This document shows, in pieces, positions 20,465 to 31,126 of a stretch of 53,978 nucleotides of DNA. The stretch is from positions 1 through 53,978 of the forward strand of contig JAKZTB010000182.1 of assembly GCA_047517345.1 (NCBI GenBank), given 5' to 3'. Origin of the DNA: Alphaproteobacteria bacterium (GTDB lineage: Bacteria > Pseudomonadota > Alphaproteobacteria > UBA8366 > GCA-2717185). Each line of letters opens with the position of its first letter. Positions within the stretch are counted from its first letter, which is position 1. Under the pieces are notes generated by a model. The model did not search any database and was not told where the DNA came from. It saw only the letters and a list, made by a program, of their open reading frames with translations. The translations under genes were made by a program, and so were the position numbers.

Positions 20465-20490
20465 GAATTCGTCTCCTTAGAGCCAGCCTC

Positions 20491-21726
20491 TTAGATAACG
20501 CCATTGTCTTTCAAGTCCGCCAAATCGACTGCGTCGATGCCGATCCGGCCGAGGATTTCCGCGTTGTGCTGGCCGAGCAACGGCGCCGGGCGGGCGAAGC
20601 CGCCGGGCGTGCCGGACAGGCGCGGCGTGATGTTGTGCATCGCCACCGTGCCCATCTCCTCGTCGGGCAGATCGACGATGATTTCGCGCGCGCGGAAATG
20701 CGGGTCTTCCATGATCTGTTCGATATCGTAGACCGGCGCCACCGTGACGCTTTCCCGGTCGAAGATTTCCATGCATTCGTCCAGGGTCCGCTCGCCGATC
20801 CAGCCGCCGACGATCTCGTCCACCTCGAGCCGGTTTTCGACCCGGTCGGCGTTGGTCAGGAATTTGGGATCGTCGTTCATGTCGGCGCGGCCGATGACGC
20901 GGAAGATGCGCTCCGCCATCGACTGCATCGACCCGGACATGGCGAGCCATTTGCCGTCCTTGGTCGCATAGACGTTGCGCGGCGAGGCGGTGTTCGAGCC
21001 GCTGCCGACCCTGTCGCGCACTTCGCCGGTGACCTGGTGCCAGGCCGGCTCGGCGCCGAGGATCGAAAAGATCGGTTCCAGCAGGGACAGGTCGATGACC
21101 TGGCCGTCGCCGCCCTTCACCTCGCGCTCGCGCAGCGCGATCAGCACCGACATCGCGCCGGACAGGCCGGCGATCATGTCGGCCATCGCCAGCGGCGGCA
21201 GTACCGGTTCGCGGTCGGCGAACCCGTTGCGGTAGGCGAAGCCGGACATCGCCTCGACCAGCGTCCCGAAGCCGGGCCGGTGCTTGTACGGGCCGGTCTG
21301 GCCGAAGCCGGAAACCCGCACGAGGATCAGTTTCGGATTGCGCGCATGCAGTACCTCGGGCCCGAGCCCCATCTCCTCCAGCGTGCCGGGGCGATAGTTC
21401 TCGATCATCACGTCGGCCTGATCGACCAGTCGCAGCAGGATGTCCTTCGCCGCGTCCTGGCGCAGATCGAGCGAGACGCTTTTCTTGTTGCGCCCGTAGA
21501 CCTTCCAAGTGACGGGGATGCCGTCGGTGATCCATTGCCGCAGCGGATCGCCCTTCGCCGCCGGTTCGATCTTGATGACCTCGGCGCCGAAATCGGCAAG
21601 CTGCAGGCTGACCATGTTACCGGCCACCAGGCGTGGCAGGTCGAGCACCGTCACCCCGCCCAGCGGACCTTCGAAACTTTCGTCGAATTGCGGCACCGTG
21701 CCCCCCAACCGTTTCTCGCTATCCAT
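20491..21726 (-). CDS. Family III CoA-transferase (CaiB/BaiF family)
   Basis: ATG 21726. LGGVTVLDLPRLVAGNMVSLQLADFGAEVIKIEP is typical of the CaiB/BaiF N-terminus. About 411 aa. Confidence 0.9.
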   Translation of the reverse strand: MDSEKRLGGTVPQFDESFEGPLGGVTVLDLPRLVAGNMVSLQLADFGAEVIKIEPAAKGDPLRQWITDGIPVTWKVYGRNKKSVSLDLRQDAAKDILLRLVDQADVMIENYRPGTLEEMGLGPEVLHARNPKLILVRVSGFGQTGPYKHRPGFGTLVEAMSGFAYRNGFADREPVLPPLAMADMIAGLSGAMSVLIALREREVKGGDGQVIDLSLLEPIFSILGAEPAWHQVTGEVRDRVGSGSNTASPRNVYATKDGKWLAMSGSMQSMAERIFRVIGRADMNDDPKFLTNADRVENRLEVDEIVGGWIGERTLDECMEIFDRESVTVAPVYDIEQIMEDPHFRAREIIVDLPDEEMGTVAMHNITPRLSGTPGGFARPAPLLGQHNAEILGRIGIDAVDLADLKDNGVI

Positions 21727-22609
21727 TATCAAGGCGACCGGCGTCGGGCGCCGCAAGGATAAAATCCCGGAACAGGCGGACTTTCTGCAAGCGGCCTTTC
21801 GCTTTCGGCCAGGCGAGGTGATAGCGCCGCCCGCTGGACACGCTGACCGGGAAGGGCGCCACGAGCCGGCCGGAGCGGATATCGGCCTCGACCGCATGCG
21901 CCGGGGCGATCGCCACGCCCTGGCCCTGGATCGCCGCTTCGATGGCGAGCGCCACATCGTCGAAGACCGGGCCTTGGAGGCCGAAACCGCCCGCGAAGCC
22001 GACGGCCGCAAACCAGCTCGTCCAGGCGTCCGGGTAGGCGGTCAGGTGCAGCAAGGTGCCCAGCGCCAGCGCGGAATGGCTGTCCGGAACGGTCCCCGCG
22101 GGACTGCACACCGGGGTCAGACGCTCGCGCAGGATTTCCAGCGAGTCGACGCTCGGTTCATGCGCCGGTTCGCCGAGCACCGCGATATCGATTCGATGCA
22201 TGTCCGCCGGCGACGCGATATCCCGCAGATGCACCGACAACGCCCGGTGCGCGCGCTGAAAACCCGCCAAACGGCCGATCAGCCAGCGGCTCGCCACCGC
22301 CGTCGCGCCGACGATGAGAACGGATTCGTCCGGCCGGTGCATGATGCGCGCCGAGGCCGATTCCAAGTGTGCGAGCGCCTCCCGCACGTCCGTCGCGTAG
22401 CGCTCGCCCGCGAAGGTCAGGGCAATACCGCGCCCGAGCCGACGGAACAGGGGTTGCCCAATATAGGATTCGAGGGTGGCAATCTGCCGGCTCACCGCGC
22501 CCTGGGTCACGCCGAGCTCCTCCGCCGCGCGCGTATAGCTCAGCAGCCGCGCCGCGCATTCGAAGGTGCGGACCGCGTTCAAGGGTGTACGGAAGGGCCT
22601 GTCGGACAT
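21719..22609 (-). CDS. LysR family transcriptional regulator (GcvA-like)
   Basis: N-terminal wHTH (LNAVRTFECAARLLSYTRAAEELGVTQGAVSRQIATLE) plus a LysR substrate-binding domain. The stop overlaps the CoA-transferase start by 8 nt. Confidence 0.9.
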   Translation of the reverse strand: MSDRPFRTPLNAVRTFECAARLLSYTRAAEELGVTQGAVSRQIATLESYIGQPLFRRLGRGIALTFAGERYATDVREALAHLESASARIMHRPDESVLIVGATAVASRWLIGRLAGFQRAHRALSVHLRDIASPADMHRIDIAVLGEPAHEPSVDSLEILRERLTPVCSPAGTVPDSHSALALGTLLHLTAYPDAWTSWFAAVGFAGGFGLQGPVFDDVALAIEAAIQGQGVAIAPAHAVEADIRSGRLVAPFPVSVSSGRRYHLAWPKAKGRLQKVRLFRDFILAAPDAGRLDNG

Positions 22610-22717
22610 CGCTGTTTCAATTCATGATTTTTTCTCATAATATAATCGCGATTTCGTCCCTTGTCGATTTCGGGGCGTTTCCGGCACATTGCGGTTGTGT
22701 CAAACGAAAGGACAGTT

Positions 22718-23224
22718 ATGAGCCAGAGGGACCCGAAACAGAGCGCCAGTGTCGCGCATCTCCGAACCGGAATCAGCGCCAGCCGTGTCGCCTTCGTACA
22801 GGCGAATTGGCACAAGGACATCGTCGATCAGGGCCGCGAGGCGTTTCTGGAAGCCTTCGAATCGGAAGGCGGTTCGAAAGACCGGGTCGACGTGTTCGAT
22901 GTGCCCGGCAGCTACGAAATTCCCTTGCAGGCAAAACTGCTGGCGAAGTCCGGCGACTATGCCGCGATCGTCGCGGCGGGCTTCGTCGTCGACGGCGGCA
23001 TCTACCGGCACGAGTTCGTCGCCCGCGCGGTTTTGAACGGCTTGATGAAAGTGCAACTCGAGACCGAGATACCGATCATTTCGATGGTTCTGACGCCGCA
23101 GCAATTCCATGGCCACAGCGAGCATGTCCGCTTCTTCCAGGAGCACTTCAAGATCAAGGGCGCCGAAGCGGCCGACGCGCTGGTCAACGTCTTGAAGGAC
23201 CCGGTGCGCGCGAAAGCGTTATAG
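22718..23224 (+). CDS. ribH: 6,7-dimethyl-8-ribityllumazine synthase, type II (RibH2-like)
   Basis: ATG 22718 after AAGGA. Close match throughout to the Brucella RibH2 sequence as I recall it: FVQANWHKDIVD, FDVPGSYEIPL, DGGIYRHEFVA, QLETEIP and LTPQQFH. Confidence 0.9.
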   Translation: MSQRDPKQSASVAHLRTGISASRVAFVQANWHKDIVDQGREAFLEAFESEGGSKDRVDVFDVPGSYEIPLQAKLLAKSGDYAAIVAAGFVVDGGIYRHEFVARAVLNGLMKVQLETEIPIISMVLTPQQFHGHSEHVRFFQEHFKIKGAEAADALVNVLKDPVRAKAL

Positions 23225-23247
23225 AGCAGATCCGGCACCTTCAACGG

Positions 23248-24156
23248 CTACGTTGTTCTGGCCGAACCCGAAGCGCCGGTCAGGACGATACCCATGACGA
23301 CCGCCGCCGCGCCGCCGAGATGATACAGATGCAGGGTCTCGCCGAGAAAAACGACGGACAGGACCGCCGCGAAGACCGGCAGCATGTGTGCGGTCAGCGC
23401 CGCCCGGCTCGGGCCGACCAGCTCGATCCCGCGGTTGTAGCAAAGATAGGCGATGATCGACGCGAACACTGCGACGTAGCCGATGGTCCAGACGGCATTG
23501 GCGTTGAACGGCATGGTCCGGACAGTGGCCGTCTCCCACAGATAGAAGGGCAGGGTCATCAGCAGCCCGAACGCCATCATACCGGCCAGCATCGCGTTGG
23601 GATGCAAATCGGCCGGCCGGCGCTTGACCAGCACGGAATAAAAGCTCCAGGCCACCACGGCCGCGACCATCCAGAAATCACCCGTCGTGAAGCGCATCCC
23701 CCCGATGACCGCGGGATCGGCCCGGGTCACGATGATGGCGATGCCCAGGGACGACAGAAGAATACCACCGGCCTGGCGCCGGCCGATGCGTTCTCCCAGG
23801 ACCGGCCACGCCAACAAGGGCACGAGCGCCGGTGTCGCCGCGTAGATCAGCGCCGCGTTGAGCGCCGTCGTCGTGCTCACCGCGACATAGAGGAAGGTGT
23901 GAAAGAGCGCGACGCCGAGCAGCCCGAGCAGGGCCAGCAGGCGCCATTCGCGGCATAGCACCGGCCATTGCCGATGGATCAATGGCAGGACGAAAGGCAG
24001 AAATATCGCAAGAGCAACCGACCAGCGCCAGAAGGACAATCCGATCGGCGGCACCGCCACGCTCGCCGCCCGGCCGACCACGATATTGCCGGCCCAGAAC
24101 AGCGCCGCACCGGCCATCAAGAGGTAGGCGAAAAGGTTGGGGTTGACGGGCCGCAT
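23248..24156 (-). CDS. DMT superfamily (EamA-like) transporter
   Basis: About 10 predicted TM helices in two EamA-like halves. 302 aa. Confidence 0.85.
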   Translation of the reverse strand: MRPVNPNLFAYLLMAGAALFWAGNIVVGRAASVAVPPIGLSFWRWSVALAIFLPFVLPLIHRQWPVLCREWRLLALLGLLGVALFHTFLYVAVSTTTALNAALIYAATPALVPLLAWPVLGERIGRRQAGGILLSSLGIAIIVTRADPAVIGGMRFTTGDFWMVAAVVAWSFYSVLVKRRPADLHPNAMLAGMMAFGLLMTLPFYLWETATVRTMPFNANAVWTIGYVAVFASIIAYLCYNRGIELVGPSRAALTAHMLPVFAAVLSVVFLGETLHLYHLGGAAAVVMGIVLTGASGSARTT

Positions 24157-24200
24157 GGTCCGGCACGCTACCAGACCCTCCGCCTGTCAGAAAGGCAGCG

Positions 24201-25778
24201 CTATTCCGCCGCGACCAGGTCGAGCGCTTGCCGCGCGGTGCGCGTCGCGTGTTTGCGTTTCAGTGGTGTGTGCAGGAACCGGTTGACGGCCGCCAGCGCA
24301 TCGCCGCGCCAGGGTGCATCGGGACGGGCCGCGGCAAGCTCGTCGGCCAGCGCCGTCAGCACCTTCACCAGATGGCAGGAGACGTTCGGTTCCGGCTGGC
24401 CATGGTCGAACAGGGCGAGCTGCTGGCGTTCCAGGAACCCCGCGCCGTCGACGACCCGCCAGTTCTTCACATCCTGATCGGCGTCGACGAAGCCGGCATT
24501 GCGGCCGACGAAGCAGCCCATTTGCAGCAGGCCCGCCGGCCACAGCTCGGGAAACTTGGTGCATTGCGCCCGCACCGCGTTGGCGAAGGTAAGGCCATGC
24601 GTAAAATCGAGCCAGCTGACATTGTCGGCGATCGCGCCGCCGAGTCGGTCCTGCTGCGGCAAATCGAAATACAGCATGTTCCAGCAATTCGCGCCGAGCA
24701 GCGCATCGTAGAGCGCATACGGGTCGGCCGACGACTCCTGTGCCCGGGCCAGTACCTGGCGCACCGACTTGCCGACGTAATCCCGGTATGAGGACGGCGC
24801 GGTGCCTGCTCCGCGCCAGGCCGCGAGCGCATCGCCGTAATAACGAAATTCGGGGATCAGATCCTCGCGCCGGGCGTAGACGATCATGCGCACCAACGAA
24901 AACAACACCGGTTCCTGAACCGATTCCCCGAGACGCGCGATCAGCGCACCCGCCTTCGTAACGTATATCAGCGCATGCCCGAACCCGATGTAGTGCGACA
25001 GGGCTGCGCGGGTCAGCGGTTCCTCGAAATCGCCAAAACCGAGCCCGTCCCCCATGCCGCCGCGCAGCAGCGCCACGGCCTGATCCTCGTCTTCCGCCTC
25101 GATCGCGGCGACCAGCGCGTCCGCGTGGTAAGATCGTGTGTCGCTGGAGAACGGAAACCTCGGCTCGCGCATCGTGTCGAAACCGATATGGGCGACCGGT
25201 TCGAGCAGCGCGACGAGCCCTTCGGCGGCGTCCCGGGCCCGCTCTTCGCCGAGCCGGAGCCAGTCGGGCGCGGCGGCAAAGGCGTGGGTCATACCGAACT
25301 CCATGCGGTCGAACCCGATACGCACGGCTTCGCGCAGCGCGTCCAGCGGATCGCCGCCGGCCCGTTCGACGCGGGCGACGAGCCGTGCCATGCGGCCATA
25401 TTCTTCCTTGTCCATGGCGTCGCGCAATTCTTCGAGGGCGGCCGCGATGCGCGTCTCGCCCGGCGGGTCGGAGAAGTCGAGCAGCACGTCGTCGCCAACG
25501 ATCGTCACCGGATAGCGCCGCAGCCCGTCGCCGCCGACCAGGGTTTCGCCGCTTTCGAGATCGAATTTCCAATTGTGCCAGTTGCAAGTGAGCACACAGC
25601 CGTCGGCCACCGTCCCCTGGCTCAGCGGATAGCCTTCATGCGGACAGCGATTGTTGCAGGCGTAGACGCCCTTCGGACCGTGGAACAGGGCAACCTGCTT
25701 ACCGCCATGCTTGACCAGCATCCGGCCCTTGGCTTGCAGTTCGGAAAGCGAGGCGACGCGGTGCGGCGTATCGGTCAT
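24201..25778 (-). CDS. Rieske [2Fe-2S] domain protein with a roughly 420-aa C-terminal domain of unknown function
   Basis: ATG 25778. Rieske ligand pattern CPH-X17-CNWH within the first 100 aa or so. The remaining helical region matches nothing I can name. Confidence 0.8.
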   Translation of the reverse strand: MTDTPHRVASLSELQAKGRMLVKHGGKQVALFHGPKGVYACNNRCPHEGYPLSQGTVADGCVLTCNWHNWKFDLESGETLVGGDGLRRYPVTIVGDDVLLDFSDPPGETRIAAALEELRDAMDKEEYGRMARLVARVERAGGDPLDALREAVRIGFDRMEFGMTHAFAAAPDWLRLGEERARDAAEGLVALLEPVAHIGFDTMREPRFPFSSDTRSYHADALVAAIEAEDEDQAVALLRGGMGDGLGFGDFEEPLTRAALSHYIGFGHALIYVTKAGALIARLGESVQEPVLFSLVRMIVYARREDLIPEFRYYGDALAAWRGAGTAPSSYRDYVGKSVRQVLARAQESSADPYALYDALLGANCWNMLYFDLPQQDRLGGAIADNVSWLDFTHGLTFANAVRAQCTKFPELWPAGLLQMGCFVGRNAGFVDADQDVKNWRVVDGAGFLERQQLALFDHGQPEPNVSCHLVKVLTALADELAAARPDAPWRGDALAAVNRFLHTPLKRKHATRTARQALDLVAAE

Positions 25779-25796
25779 CGGTGGTTTCTCAATTCC

Positions 25797-25857
25797 TAAA
25801 GTAATATCTTTATAAATCAATAATCGGGAACCTTGATATTGTAAAGTAAATTCTTTA
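25797..25857. promoter_or_regulatory. Two copies of a 16-bp imperfect palindrome in a divergent promoter region (candidate operator)
   Basis: TAAAGTAATATCTTTA at 25797-25812 and TAAAGTAAATTCTTTA at 25842-25857, 45 bp start to start. They lie in the 89-bp AT-rich gap between the Rieske-fusion gene and the SufR-like regulator. Confidence 0.5.
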
Positions 25858-25867
25858 GAAACATGGC

Positions 25868-26506
25868 ATGAGAAAATACCTCGCGCGCAGCGGCACCCGC
25901 CGCACTATCCAGGAACTTCTCAAACAGCACGGCCCGCAGGACGCGGCGGCGCTTGCCGGCGACCTCGGCATCTCTGCGATGGCGGTGCGCCAGCATCTCT
26001 ACGCGCTGCAGGACGATGGGCTTGTCGTCTTCGGCGAGGAACCGCGCCCGGTCGGGCGGCCGGCAAAGCTGTGGCGCCTTACAGCTGCCGCGGACGCCCT
26101 TTTCCCGGACCGGCATGCCGAGCTGATCGTCGAACTCATCGCATCGACAGAGACCGCTTTCGGATCGGACGGCATGTACCGGCTCGTCGAAGCGCGGGCC
26201 GAACAGCAGATCGCGTCCTACCGACGGCAGGTTGGCGACGCGAAATCCTTGCGCAACAGGGTGCAGCGGCTCGCCAAGATCCGCACAAACGAAGGATACA
26301 TGGCGGGCGTGGAAAAAGATGGCGACGGCTATCTGCTGACCGAAAACCATTGCCCGATCTGCACCGCGGCGGCGGCCTGCACCGGGATTTGCGCCGCCGA
26401 GTTGCGAGTCTTCCGCGCCGTGCTGGGTGACGACGCAACCGTCGAGCGGACCGATCATATCCTCGCCGGCGCCCGGCGTTGCGCCTACAAAATCGCGAAA
26501 GCATGA
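25868..26506 (+). CDS. SufR-like winged-helix transcriptional regulator with a Cys-rich C-terminal domain
   Basis: N-terminal HTH (TIQELLKQHGPQDAAALAGDLGISAMAVRQHLYALQDDGLV...GRPAKLWRLT). The C-terminal ENHCPICTAAAACTGICAAELRVF...ARRCAY resembles the Fe-S-binding region of SufR regulators. Confidence 0.7.
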   Translation: MRKYLARSGTRRTIQELLKQHGPQDAAALAGDLGISAMAVRQHLYALQDDGLVVFGEEPRPVGRPAKLWRLTAAADALFPDRHAELIVELIASTETAFGSDGMYRLVEARAEQQIASYRRQVGDAKSLRNRVQRLAKIRTNEGYMAGVEKDGDGYLLTENHCPICTAAAACTGICAAELRVFRAVLGDDATVERTDHILAGARRCAYKIAKA

Positions 26507-26550
26507 CCCTGCGGATCGATTCCCGCGGGCGATTTCCTATATAAAGAACC

Positions 26551-28755
<2,205 letters not shown>

Positions 28756-29173
28756 GACGCGGGGGGCCTAGGAGCCCTGGAGCGGGAATAAGCTCAATTA
28801 AAATCGATTTATCGTACGCCCAACAGACACTCGCGTTCGAGCGTCCCAGTCAACCCTCGTTTGGGAGAGACGTCTGGCCTCACGCAAGCACAGGTCGATA
28901 AAGCCTGCGTTGAGAAAGACGAAGAGCCTCCAAATTTGCCCGAAGGTTTGAAACCCCGGACGAAAATCTGCCCTTAGCGAATATAGTAGCACCATCACGG
29001 ACTCCCCGCGTCCCGTTTCACGGACGGTTTGGCATCCCGGTCGACCCTGGTTTAAGACCTGGCCAGCTGGTCGACCCTGGCCGCCGGGATTGCGTTTCCG
29101 CGGCAAAGCCCATTATCTTGCGGACCCGGCTCTGTGCCGCTCGGGATGATGAATGATGCAGCAAGGTTCTCAC

Positions 29174-29884
29174 ATGCGCAGATACGCGATACTCGTCGCA
29201 ACAGTTTTGATCGGAATGGCCGCGCCGGCCGCGGCGGATTTCGGGCAGGATAGACATCGCTGCACTCGCGATGAGGCCGGTCCCGGCGTGCGGTCCGGCG
29301 CCTGCCTCCCCCCGGGGCGCGACGGTCGCTTTGATCTCGCCAGCGCCGCCAACAACCGAGGCGGTTCCATTTCGGACGAAGACCAGCACGATCAGGCGAT
29401 CGGGGGCCTTCGCTTGGACCCGAGGCATGCTCAAGCCCTGATATACCGGGGTTCCACCTTACTTCTCAAAGGTCAGCACGACCGGGCAATCGAGGATTTC
29501 AACGAGGCCATTCGCTTGCACCCGGCAAATGCTTTTGGTTTCGCAAGCCGCGGCGCGGCCTACGCACACAAGAGCCAGTTCGACCGGGCAATCGAGGATC
29601 TCGACGAGGCCATTCGCCTGAAAGCCGGGTATGCCAATTTCTTCGGCATCCGCGGAATGGCCTATACGGAAAAAGGCCGGCACCACCGGGCGATCGAGGA
29701 TTTCAACGAAGCCATCCGGCTCGACCCGGCTTACGCCGAAGCCTTCATGCGGCGGGGATTTCTCAACGAGAAACTCGGGCAGCGGGATTCGATGCTCAAG
29801 GATTTTGAGAGCGCCTATTCTCTGGGCAATCGTGATCCGATTTTGCTCCGGAAACTCAAGGAAATTGGCGTGCTGCCGCGTTGA
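29174..29884 (+). CDS. Secreted tetratricopeptide repeat (TPR) protein
   Basis: ATG 29174 with signal peptide MRRYAILVATVLIGMAAPAAA. Followed by consecutive 34-aa TPR units (DRAIEDFNEAIRL...). Confidence 0.8.
   Translation: MRRYAILVATVLIGMAAPAAADFGQDRHRCTRDEAGPGVRSGACLPPGRDGRFDLASAANNRGGSISDEDQHDQAIGGLRLDPRHAQALIYRGSTLLLKGQHDRAIEDFNEAIRLHPANAFGFASRGAAYAHKSQFDRAIEDLDEAIRLKAGYANFFGIRGMAYTEKGRHHRAIEDFNEAIRLDPAYAEAFMRRGFLNEKLGQRDSMLKDFESAYSLGNRDPILLRKLKEIGVLPR
29480..29785 (+). repeat. Three tandem 102-bp intragenic repeats encoding TPR units
   Basis: GACCGGGCAATCGAGGAT(T/C)TC(A/G)ACGAGGCCATTCGC occurs at 29480 and 29582, and a close variant CACCGGGCGATCGAGGATTTCAACGAAGCCATCCGGC at 29684. The period is exactly 102 bp. 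Confidence 0.85.
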
Positions 29885-29966
29885 TTGAAAGAGTGTACGG
29901 GCATCATGGGTTGGATTCGATCCACCACGCTTGATCCGGCGAACGGCGCGGCCCTATCTTGAGGCC

Positions 29967-30731
29967 ATGGCGATACCGAAAACAGCCCTGGTTACCGGCG
30001 CGGCGCGGCGCATTGGACGGGCGATTGTAAGCGATCTCGGCGCATGGGGATGGTCGGTCGTGGTGCACTACAACCGTTCCGCCGATGAGGCTCAAGCGGT
30101 CGTCGGCGAAATCGAGTCGGCGGGCGGCAAAGCGATAGCCTTGAAAGCGGACCTCGCCCGAGAGGAGGAAACGGGCCGGCTTATGGCGGACTCCGTCGCC
30201 CGGTTCGGTCCCATCGGCTGTCTGGTCAACAACGCATCGCGCTTCGTCCGCGACGAGTTCGACACCGTGACGCGGACCAGTTGGGACGCGCATATCGAGC
30301 CCAATCTGCGCGCGCCCTTCGTGCTGTCGCAGGATATGGCGGCGGCACTGCCGGACGACAAAGACGGCGTCATCGTCAACATCCTCGATCAGCGGGTTTG
30401 GAACCTGACGCCGCATTTCCTGTCCTACACGTTGAGCAAAACGGGCCTGTGGACGTTGACCCGGACGCTCGCCCTGGCGCTGGCGCCGCGCATTCGCGTC
30501 AACGGCATCGGACCCGGTCCGACCCTGCGCAATGTCCGGCAGACCGAAGCCCAGTTCCAACGGCAACAGGACTCGGTGCCGCTGCAGCGCGGCGCGTCGT
30601 CGGAAGAAGTCGCGCGCGCCGTCCGGTTCATCATCGACTCGCCGTCGATGACCGGACAGATGATCGCGCTCGACGGCGGGCAGCATCTCGGTTGGGCGCA
30701 GCCGCCGGCCAGCGCCGAACCGGAGGAGTGA
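29967..30731 (+). CDS. Short-chain dehydrogenase/reductase (SDR), pteridine reductase-like
   Basis: ATG 29967. TGAARRIG cofactor motif, NNAS, and YTLSK (the YxxxK catalytic motif). Confidence 0.85.
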   Translation: MAIPKTALVTGAARRIGRAIVSDLGAWGWSVVVHYNRSADEAQAVVGEIESAGGKAIALKADLAREEETGRLMADSVARFGPIGCLVNNASRFVRDEFDTVTRTSWDAHIEPNLRAPFVLSQDMAAALPDDKDGVIVNILDQRVWNLTPHFLSYTLSKTGLWTLTRTLALALAPRIRVNGIGPGPTLRNVRQTEAQFQRQQDSVPLQRGASSEEVARAVRFIIDSPSMTGQMIALDGGQHLGWAQPPASAEPEE

Positions 30732-30869
30732 TTCGGAACGCAGTTCAATCCGGCGTATCAACGGCGACCGCCAACTCCCTGAATGAAAAGGACTTCTTTT
30801 CGCCGCTCGCGATTCGGCAGTTTTGCACAACCCGTTAGCGTAGAAAGACCAATCCGCCATTTCTCTATT

Positions 30870-30885
30870 TTAATTTGAAATTAAC
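30870..30885. promoter_or_regulatory. Perfect CtrA-type box TTAA-N7-TTAAC
   Basis: TTAATTTGAAATTAAC at 30870-30885, inside an AT-rich stretch. It matches the Caulobacter CtrA consensus TTAA-N7-TTAAC. Confidence 0.45.
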
Positions 30886-31019
30886 CATTCGGTAATATCC
30901 ACCTCGCCGTTAATTGATATATTTCAAATAGTTGCACATTATGCCTATTAATTAGGCAATAAGGACAAGGTCCTGCTTTCGTTGATCGTTGCGATTTAAG
31001 AAGGGCATTTTCAACAATG

Positions 31020-31042
31020 TTATCCACAAAAGCCGTGGATAT
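31020..31042. promoter_or_regulatory. Inverted pair of DnaA-box-like motifs
   Basis: TTATCCACA (9/9 to the E. coli consensus) at 31020-31028, and on the opposite strand ATATCCACG (7/9) at 31034-31042. A third 7/9 box, ATATCCACC, is at 30895-30903. Confidence 0.4.
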
Positions 31043-31126
31043 CGTTTAAGCGTTCGCAATTGACGCGAATCGAAGCCATTTTATGAAGACGGCTGCATCG
31101 TCGGATAGGCGAGGCGCAGGGGCCTA

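Noticed and set aside
22610-22717. Possible FMN riboswitch in front of ribH2.
   Set aside because: The leader is only about 108 nt. Apart from a short TTCGGGGCG stretch it lacks the conserved RFN core segments I remember. It is too short for the five-helix element, so it is not called.
26507-26550. SOS (LexA) boxes upstream of uvrB and uvrC, and similar strings at 6070-6085 and 10465-10482.
   Set aside because: The alphaproteobacterial LexA site is a direct repeat GTTC-N7-GTTC. I found only GTTC-N7-GAAC (inverted, near 6072) and GAAC-N6-GAAC (near 10467). Nothing suitable lies in the uvrB or uvrC upstream regions.
28798-29106. 102-aa minus-strand ORF in the uvrB/TPR intergenic region, and the 12-nt direct repeat GGTCGACCCTGG (about 29039 and about 29068).
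   Set aside because: The ORF has no RBS, an odd composition and no family resemblance. The 12-mer repeat is short and GC-rich and could arise by chance. Neither is called.
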